A stretch of DNA of 64,000 nucleotides, taken from positions 68,572,001 to 68,636,000 of the forward strand of contig OX597819.1 of NCBI GenBank assembly GCA_951406725.2, read 5' to 3'. Below, piece by piece: positions 55,027 through 64,000 of this stretch (within the stretch, counting starts at the first letter, position 1; the number at the start of each line of letters is the position of its first letter). The notes under the pieces are model-generated. The model worked only from the letters and a program-made list of their open reading frames with translations, was not told where the DNA came from and did no database searches. A program made the translations under genes and the position numbers. The DNA is from Octopus vulgaris (taxonomy: Eukaryota).

Positions 55027-55295
55027 ATGACAATCGCAGACCCTCAGCTTGCTCAAGAAATGAAGAGGCATGGTGTTATTGTGGTTATAAATGCTAAGCT
55101 TACCGATTTAGAAATATCTCAAGCTTGAAAAGTTGCCAGATGTTTCGTCTACAAAGTTCGTACGGAGTATCAAATCATAGCAATGCATTCTAAACTCTGA
55201 AATCAGCAGAACACCTGAATTCATCCAGTAGGTTCAACAGACCATTGATTACAATCACAGAAAGTTCATGAGGTCAATTGAAAATGATCTCCTGT
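55027..55295 (+). pseudogene. Tc1/mariner (DD37D-like) transposase N-terminal HTH remnant
   Basis: EMKRHGVIVVINAKLTDLEISQA*KVARCFVYKVR...RTPEFIQ*VQQTIDYNHRKFMRSI. Confidence 0.65.
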
Positions 55296-55639
55296 CATTA
55301 ATTCCTTTCTACAATAGTAAATAATAGATAAAGACAATAGATATTTTATTTTGTCTTGAGCACAAAAATGCGCCATTGTGTCGAATGGCATTGATAGATT
55401 GGATACCATTTTACCTAATATAAAATGCGCCTTAAACGTTGTACTGCCGTGATTAACGGATTATACGGCTGTCCAACGATTGGAATATTTTTATGGAAGT
55501 CTCCAACACACCAAAATCATGCTGATTTAGCGGCTGTGAGATGGGGTGGTTGCTCGATGCGGGCTGAGCTTTGCGATAGGTTGCGAGTTACATGAATGAC
55601 CACCTCCAAGTTTTGAGCAAGCTTATAAAGTTTTTCTGA

Positions 55640-55900
55640 TGAATCGAGAAGTCTTTATCTGATTGACGGTGATTGAAGGCATCACCAATTAGAATTTCTC
55701 GCTAACGGTCTGCCGTGAGGGCTTGGATTTTACACTTCTTGGCCACCACCTGAAGGCTTGATATAAATTATTCTATAGACTCGTTTTCTTTTTGTTTTCG
55801 AGTTCGAAGCTTATGGTGAATCATGTTTGCACATTTTTCATGGACTTGGAGTCCAGGTGTTCTATTGCTGCCTTGAAGGTTTCAGATTCTTCGAAGATGG
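55640..55900 (-). pseudogene. Gypsy-like gag remnant
   Basis: HKLRTRKQKENESIE*FISSLQVVAKKCK...REILIGDAF. Confidence 0.7.
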
Positions 55901-56234
55901 GTTAAGTCGCTGATACGCAGAAGACTAAGAGTACCTCCAGTTTAGATTCATCTGGGACTGTTACTGTTGCTATGTACGGTACCCTCATGAACACCATAAA
56001 TCTAACACTTATTTCCCTACAACTAGATAAAGGACAATGATTAACAGCCCTTCCCATGACACTATCAGTCATGAGAGGACTCCTCTGTACAGCTACTAAC
56101 TCTACCCTTCCCAAGACGAGAAAAGGCTCCGTTTTATTCTAAATGGATCCCAGAATGTCCGAGAGGCTCCTACCAGACCACCCAAATGTGGAAGAGTATA
56201 TGTACTTGAAACTGATGCTACACACACACACACA

Positions 56235-56280
<46 letters not shown>

Positions 56281-56489
56281 TATATAAATATATATTTATG
56301 CGTATGTGTGTGTATGTAGATGTGTATTCATACATATATAAATATATCCGTCGTAGTATATATATGTTATATCGCACGTTCCGATGTCCTCTACTCAACT
56401 TCTCGACGTCTAGACTTCTCCCTCTATGTCTACGTATTGGGCTAGTCCACTTCATCGCCTGGGGGCGTCGACACAACAATATATGAGAA

Positions 56490-56675
56490 GATGGTTAAGC
56501 AATACTATTGCTTACCATCTTCCTATACCGTCTCCGATGAAGGGATATAATAAATATGTTAAAAACATTTGTAACACCTATTTATAAATGTTCTAAAATC
56601 TACACAGACTTGTTTTTTATCTCATTAAGAAAAAGAAAATTATATACACACGCTGATACATGACCTAAGTTGGAC
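56490..56675 (+). mobile_element. Decayed HHR-bearing repeat
   Basis: GUCU CCGAUGA A GGGAUAU..AUAUGUU..AAAC AUUU GUA ACAC; shares TACATGACCTAAGTT with 30286-30300. Confidence 0.4.
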
Positions 56676-57849
56676 CCTTTATTCGCATAATCACCGAATC
56701 TGGAATTTAACTATTGGTCTATCCATAGTACTTATTCATCATTACCTGACACCTTTGGGCCTCTCTGACACCATTAGCTCTCATAACTTCTCTCTCTCTC
56801 TCTCACTCTCTCTCCCTCTCAATCTCTCTCTCTATATATATATATTTCTCTCTCTAGTTTCAGCTCAGAGCTGCGGCCATGCTGATGCACCGCCGCTTTG
56901 CTACACTGTTATTACTAAGAGCCTCCTCTAATATGTGGCACTTGGTGAAAAATGGAATTTGTTATAGCTACCCTTATTTGCATCTCTTGCCGTGAGGTAG
57001 GTTCCTCTGGGACTCTCGAGAGGAAGAGGTCCGGCTTTAATATGTATATATTTATGCATATTATGTGCCCATGTTTATGTTTGTGCATGCATTTATGTAG
57101 TAATGTGTGTGTTAGAAAACCGCTATTTGTGATGATGTTAACGGCGATGACAGCGCAAACGTCCAGAAGAAACAGAAGATAGAAATATAATTGGAAGAAT
57201 ACAACATATACAAAGTTCCTAATTCCACATTGGATTTGACAAGGAGCTGTTGTTGTTTTGTTTCTCATTTTTAGAGAAGGGGGCTGGCGGCGTTATTTCC
57301 TTTCAATTTTATTCATTTCATCAACTTTCTTTATATTATTGTTAACTTCCTGTTTCTCTAAAACTCCAATCACTTATTTTTTTTTCCTTTTTCCAATATA
57401 GAAACCACTTTTAAGTAGAAGCTATAATCTTTTAATGCATAATACTTGAGTAGGGGGTCGTAAAGACTTTGAGCAATATAGAGTCGATTAAACAGTAAGC
57501 CATTAGACTTCTCATGGTTGGATATTTACATAAAGTATCGTTCTCTTGAGGCGGTAAATATTTCGTTTTCAAAGCCGGAGGGAATTTCTACTCTGGTTTC
57601 CATCATTTGCCTCCAAACAAACCTGTTTCTGAATTATGAAGCGAAATATCACAAGAAATGCTACCAACATATTTGCTATTAATGACGTTTATTGACCGCA
57701 GGTGGTTGGGAAATAACAACTTAGACGATGCTGGTGTTCGAACACAGAATATTTGATTAAATCCTCTAATTAACGTAGTTCTATTATTTAATAATTACAC
57801 AATATGGTTGCAAACGTGCCTAAGCACATACTTAAAATTGATATATCGT

Positions 57850-58140
57850 CGGTTGCGACGACGAGCGTTCTAATTGATTCCATCGTCGGAACAAACTACT
57901 CGCTAAATGAGTGGCTGAGTATTCCATAGACATGCGTATCAGGGAGATCCAGTGGGAAACAGAATGGGACAAGGCTGACCCTTTTGAATTACAGGTACAT
58001 TTGAATTTTGCCAGCTGATTGAATTGGAGCAAAATGGAATAAAGTGTCATGCCCAAGGACACAACCCACTACCGGGAATAGGAATCATGACTTGTCAATC
58101 GTGAGCCATATAGCCTAACTACAAAGCAATGCACTTTCAA
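57850..58140 (-). mobile_element. CORE-like SINE with tail type 2 (another at 47320-47565 on plus)
   Basis: TTGTGTCCTTGGGCATGACACTTTATT core plus tail shared with 4505-4690. Confidence 0.75.
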
Positions 58141-58954
58141 GTACATACCTACATACACACATACACACACAGTCGTAGTCGTTATCATCACCATTTTTTT
58201 TCATCATCATCATCATCTTTCGATAGACTTAGACTTATCATCAACGTTGTTACATGGCGTCATGAGTTGTTGTGGACCTTTCAAAATAAGACACTGTTAC
58301 CCTAATGGCCTACGAACATAATTGGTGATCCAACATTAGGAAACTGGATCGAAGATGTTTTCTATCAGAACATCTTCAATACTAAACAACACACTCCTAC
58401 CGCATGATTTCGATTGAATAGACTGTTCGGTGACCCAGGGAATATCGATTTGTTGCACACGCTCTCTACCTGGAATGATATGAGATGGTATTTGTCTTAG
58501 ACTGAACTGATCGAGATTACGCCCGACTGTGCTTTCCTGGCCACGGTCTCGTTCACAAGCATTTATATTTTCGCAAAAATATTTTCTCAAAATCTTAAAC
58601 TCTGTATTGGGCTGAGTGATGTCGGGAGTGTCATCATTGACAACCTCTTTTACCAAGCTCTTCTTCAACATTATTACAGCTCAATGGTTCACAGAACGGA
58701 AAATCGTCCAGTTTTAGTGCCAGTTGCGTCGGACGTCTGTGAGCAAGTGTGGTATGTATGCGTAGAGGTCGGTCAGCAAACCGTTCAAAGGCGGTGATTA
58801 ATCTCTCATAAAACAACTTGCTGTATCCATACCTCAGCTGCAGTTATCGCCTTTTCGCAATTCTCTATGTATTTAGTCATTAGCCATAGCAGACTATCTG
58901 GGTAAACACAGAAGTCCTTTATCCTACTTCGTCTGCCACTTACCATGAAGATTT

Positions 58955-59090
58955 GGGCAAAGTGCAGCTGAGAAGTTAATCAGAACTTGAGTAAAGTGCG
59001 GCTTAGAAGCTACTCAGAACTTGAGCATAATGCAGCTGAGAAACTACTCAGAACTTGAGCAAAGTGCAGCTGAGAAGCTACTCAGAACTC
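58955..59090. repeat. Minisatellite, 4 x 34 bp
   Basis: Unit GAGCAAAGTGCAGCTGAGAAGCTACTCAGAACTT. Confidence 0.92.
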
Positions 59091-59850
59091 CTTGGACTCG
59101 AGCAGTGTGCACTTATTCTGTTCAATCAGAGATCGTTGTGTGTTTGCAACCAGCGCCTATTTACAAGCTATTGTTCCTTTATGGTTTGGGTCACACACTT
59201 TAGTACGGACAACACAACCTTTGTGTACTGTAATTGAAGAAATTGTCTCCGTTGCCATAATTTGCGATGTTGTTCGTCATTGTTTCTACAAATTTACACA
59301 GAAATCCTCATCTGAAGTAATTCGCTATATCAATAGCTCCTGGCTGAAATCTATTGGCTCTGTTCCATTCTCCCTCTGCAGATCACCCTATCAACAGTTG
59401 GTGATAGCACTGCCAACCATCACATTATTTAACTAATGTGTTCATCTGGCATGTTTAAGCTATATGCACCGGGAGCAAGACTTTTAGATTGATTCACAGC
59501 AAACAGGACTATTTTTACAGGTAATATGTACTCCAAATGTGTAGATTACATTTTAGAATGAATACATGACTATTTAAACAAGTGAATGCTCTCGCACTAA
59601 CTATCTATATCAACGAGCGATATTCTATATAGATACATTTTGGATGGTTTGATGATATCAGACCTTATCCATATTAGTGTTTATACTAGTCGAATAAAGT
59701 TTACTCTCATCGTCCGAACTCATCTTGAGTTCTTGTATAGTAACAAGTCTAGACATTTTAGGTAGATCACCTTCGTGTTATATGCCCCTGATGGATGAAT
59801 GGATGAAAGTCACTGGGCTTTGAATTCAGTGCTGCTCTAGCTCAAGAATC

Positions 59851-60162
59851 TGGCAACAGAACTCTGCACCATGCCACACAAGCAGTAGAACCCAGTCATG
59901 ACTGTCAGACAATTTCTGCGACCACATCCCCCATAACATCTAGCCACCTAACTCACCAGACTGCAACCCGGTTGATTATTATGTTTGCGTTATAGTTGAT
60001 AAAGAAACCAACAAAACTGCTTGTAACGCCAAAGATGAACTGAAGGCAAGGATTTTGGCGGCATTCACCAACTTAAACTTGGAGACCGTCCAGGAGAGCT
60101 GCAGGAGATTCCGAAGTCGTCTGGAGGCCGTGGTTGAAGCCTATGAAAATTTGATTGAATAA
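59851..60162 (+). pseudogene. Tc1/mariner (DD37D-like) transposase catalytic C-terminus with in-frame stops
   Basis: WQQNSAPCHTSSRTQS*LSDNFCDHIPHNI*PPNSPDCNPVDYYV...RFRSRLEAVVEA. Confidence 0.88.
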
Positions 60163-60276
60163 ATTTACACATTAGATATCTTTATGTAATTTTCGTTAAT
60201 ATATCTTTTAAATTGAGATGCATGAGTTATTTTTATTTTTATGTAATTTAGACGACAGTTTAATCACCGCACTCTG

Positions 60277-60364
<88 letters not shown>

Positions 60365-61690
60365 GTAATAATAACAACAACAACAACAATAATAAATAAA
60401 CAACTACGACGATTTGAAGTGGGAAATACGAAGGTTGTGGTCAATGAAGAGAGTGGGATTGATACCAATAACGAGGGCTTCCACACAATTTCCCTCCACA
60501 AAATTTACTTACGAGTTATTGCTCGGCTATATTGTAATACACTCGTTCTAGTTACTGCACAGGGGGATTGAACACGCAACCCCGTGCTTGCAAGTCACCG
60601 CAGAGGAGAACTGAATACAAAACCAAGTGGTTGCGTAGAAAGCTTCTTAATCTCCAAAATAATTACTGGAAGGAAAAAATAATGATAACTGAGATGACGA
60701 TGATATTGATGATGACGCTGCTGATGTTGGGGATTATTTCGTTCGTATTTTGGATGATCCTGTACTCCTTTGCTGATTATGTTGATGTTTAACAATGATA
60801 ATGTATTAAAATTTTGTTTGAGCTACCATTAAGATTTTATAATTTTCATTATCCTATCTAATGTGTTCGTTGCTTTCACGAGGTACTTCAACCTAGCAAG
60901 TCGTAATCTCATTTGTCCGTAGGTTTGTGTGCAGGTGCATATACCGATGTACGACTGTTTATGGATGTTTGCATTGGTTTTGGCATCGCAATTAAATATT
61001 ATGGGCGCCATATTACCATCATAAGTTGTGTTGCCCTGTATTAATGTCACATCCGTTTTGAGTGCTATAATTTATATGAGTATCACTGCTTGAAAGACAA
61101 AAAAAAATAATAATAATAAATAAAGACTAAAAAATTCATAAAAGCAAACGAAAAATACAAAACAGAGATTCAAGGTAATTTTCCTCTTTATTTGTTATAA
61201 TATTTTGCTTTCTGGATTGATTTATTTTTCCTTTTAAATTTTATTTCTTATTCTAAGATTTCCAAAGTCGTTAAGGGCTGTTATTTAATTATACCAAGAT
61301 TATAAATGTGCTTGTTAAAACTTTAAATCTATATCGGTCCTTCTTTGTGAATGTCATTATCACTTTTGCGATTGGAATTTTCACTGTAATATTCATTTTT
61401 AAGTATATTTATGATGAGGCTTTCAGCTTTCAGCTTTCAGCTTAGCTATATTATAAATGTCTTTTATAGTAAAATTTATAGCAGTAACTAACTTATTGCT
61501 ATAAACCGTGCGCCACCCCCATCCACCTCCATCCACCTCCATCCACCTCCATCCACTACTTACTACGAATTGGTTCTTCTTCTTTCTTCTTCTTTTCCTT
61601 TTTCCTTTCCATTTACTTTCCAGTGATTACCTATTCCTCTTCATCGTACTCATACTCGTCAGATTCTTCTTAGCGTTTTGCTCCATCATC

Positions 61691-61742
<52 letters not shown>

Positions 61743-61851
61743 CATTTTATTCGTTGTCTGTTATTGCTTACATTTTCTCCTCCCGTATTCTTCGAAGAAC
61801 AACTTTTCTAAGTGGACAATAACAACAATGACAACAACAACAACAACAACA

Positions 61852-61926
<75 letters not shown>

Positions 61927-61929
61927 ACA

Positions 61930-61992
<63 letters not shown>

Positions 61993-62101
61993 GCTGCTAC
62001 TGCAGCTGCTGCTGCTGCTGCTACTACTGCTAATAATAATACTATTACTATTACTACTGCTGCTGCTACTGCAACTGCTGCTGCCCCTGCTGCCACTGCT
62101 G

Positions 62102-62166
<65 letters not shown>

Positions 62167-62224
62167 ATTACTATTACTACTGCTGCAGCTACTGCCACTG
62201 CTGCTACAACTACTACTACTACTA

Positions 62225-62540
62225 CTATAATAAATAAACAACTAAGACGAATGTAAAGTGGGAAATACGAAGGTTGTGGTCAATGAAGAGAGTGGGCATG
62301 ATACCATTAGTAATTGGTGCAGTTGGAAGTATCAGTACTCAACTACTAACATGTCTGAAAAAGATTGGGGCAAGTGTCAAGGTAGAGCACTAACAAAAAT
62401 CAGCATTGCTTGGAACTGCAAGAATTCTTCGCATAGTTCTTCAAGAATGACCAGTAAGCAAGTGTCACCTTAGTCTGCTGGCTGTGGACAGCTGATACTT
62501 GCCATCATACCCAGCAAATTAAGTTATGCGTTTTCATATA
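62225..62540 (+). mobile_element. R4/Dong-like non-LTR 3' end + UTR, followed by (TAA)n
   Basis: KWEIRRLWSMKRVGMIPLVIGAVG...QKSALLGTARILRIVL; shorter copy at 60390-60465. Confidence 0.85.
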
Positions 62541-62552
62541 ATAATAATAATG

Positions 62553-62686
<134 letters not shown>

Positions 62687-62717
62687 AAGAAGAAGAAGAA
62701 GAAGAAGAAGAAGAAGA

Positions 62718-63238
62718 ACCAATTACATAAAATACAGAATAGACAACATATCAGAAAGTGATAAGTGCAGAATTTGTGGACAAAATGGGGAAACCGTATT
62801 GCATATTACCATTCAATGTACGCCACTAGCCCAGAAAGAATACAAGAGATGTCATGACAATATAGAAAGAATTGTCCATTGGACGCTTTGAAACAAGTAT
62901 GGACTTGACAGTGCAAAAAGGTGGTACGAACATAAACAGAGGGCGACATAGAAAATGATAAATCAAAGACACTATGGGATTTTATGATTCAGTGCGACCA
63001 TCAGATAGAGAATAGGAAACCAGACATAGTGTTAATTGAGAAAGATATCAAATGATGATGGATCATAGATATAGCATACCTAGCTGACAACAAGGTATGC
63101 GATGAGGAAGAAAGAAAAGTCGATAGATTCCACAGGTTAGCTTTGGAGGTTAAGCAGTTATGGTCACTGGAAAAGGTGGTAGGAGAAACAATAATTGTCG
63201 AAGCCCAGGGAACAGTGAGTAAAAATCTCGAGAAGTAA
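62718..63238 (+). pseudogene. R4/Dong-like ORF fragment: CCHC zinc knuckle + RLE
   Basis: DKCRICGQNGETVLHITIQC..LAQKEYKRCHD...LWDFMIQCDHQIENRKPDIVLIEK..WIIDIA. Confidence 0.9.
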
Positions 63239-63379
63239 TAATACCAATGTTCTCACAACGATTAACCAGAGGGGATTTTTAAAATGAGAATATCTGAAAT
63301 AAATTCGACTGGTCGAGTTTATTTCAGATACTAAAAGAGAATTCTAAAAATGAACCCGACCACTCTGAAAATTTAAGTT

Positions 63380-63560
63380 AAAACTAGGAAAAATAATCCA
63401 GGATCCTTGTCTGGTACCGAATCGATCAATTGATGCCAGACTTAAGGCCAAACATCCATGAATGTTTCATCCAAATCCATCCAGTGGTTCTTGGGATATC
63501 TTGTCCACAGACAAAAAAAAACACGACTGGAAAAACTACTCCCGCCTTCGCTAAGTCTGA

Positions 63561-63563
<3 letters not shown>
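63380..63563 (+). mobile_element. Possible Helentron-type non-autonomous element end
   Basis: TTTCATCCAAATCCATCCAGTGGTTCTTG...CGCCTTCGCTAAGTCTGAGGTAA. Confidence 0.35.
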
Positions 63564-63620
<57 letters not shown>

Positions 63621-63653
63621 GGAATACGCAAAAATATATATTAAAATAGATAA

Positions 63654-63719
<66 letters not shown>

Positions 63720-63770
63720 CGCTAGCCACTAAACCTATTTTATTTTCTCTCCCTGTTTATTTCTGTATTC

Positions 63771-63806
63771 CTTTCTGTCGAGGAGCGTAGGCTCGAAACG
63801 TAAAAG
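63771..63806 (+). ncRNA. Minimal hammerhead-like motif with U at position 6, in repeat 63718-63890
   Basis: CUUU CUGUCGA G GAGC GUAG GCUC GAAAC GUA AAAG; element lies between (GATA)n and (TA)n. Confidence 0.6.
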
Positions 63807-64000
63807 TCTTTCTCACTTCCCGAGCGTTAAACTAATACATCTGTTTCTTGTTTACACAACCATCTTCATCGTTTTATAAATTCTCACTATATATATATTA
63901 CCATTGTAATGCATCAATTATTGATTCTAATGGTTATAATCTACATAGAATCAGGTTAGATTTGACTTAACTATAAGCTATGGTGTAGTAATTCTGCTAA

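Noticed and set aside
58270-58870. Possible Gypsy integrase remnant on minus
   Set aside because: Too decayed to identify catalytic motifs by eye
58955-59090. CRISPR-like repeat with hairpin
   Set aside because: Contiguous tandem units with no unique spacers, no cas genes, eukaryotic context

Overview
AT-rich, microsatellite-saturated animal genomic DNA. The SINE families and repeat landscape resemble an octopod cephalopod (inference only). No intact host protein-coding gene is supported, and nearly all listed ORFs are simple-repeat artefacts. The window is a mosaic of tRNA-derived SINEs, decayed LINE fragments (Tx1, CR1, RTE, R4/Dong-like), Tc1/mariner and Gypsy remnants and Helitron-like ends. 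The main signal is a dense set of short non-coding elements lying in or between (TA)n arrays. They carry type I hammerhead ribozyme (HHR) motifs: about 20 intact, variant or decayed motifs from about 10 unrelated sequence families, found by eye. They occur as partial tandem repeats (units of about 290, 500 and 530 nt) and/or long fold-back inverted repeats, matching retrozymes or non-autonomous Penelope-like elements. In the best copy (3370-4174) the 5' end falls at the predicted self-cleavage site. One family joins a tRNA-like Pol III head to an HHR. A 2.45-kb ORF1-only Tx1-like element sits inside a SINE head with a 15-bp target-site duplication. All structure calls are manual, and activity is untested.
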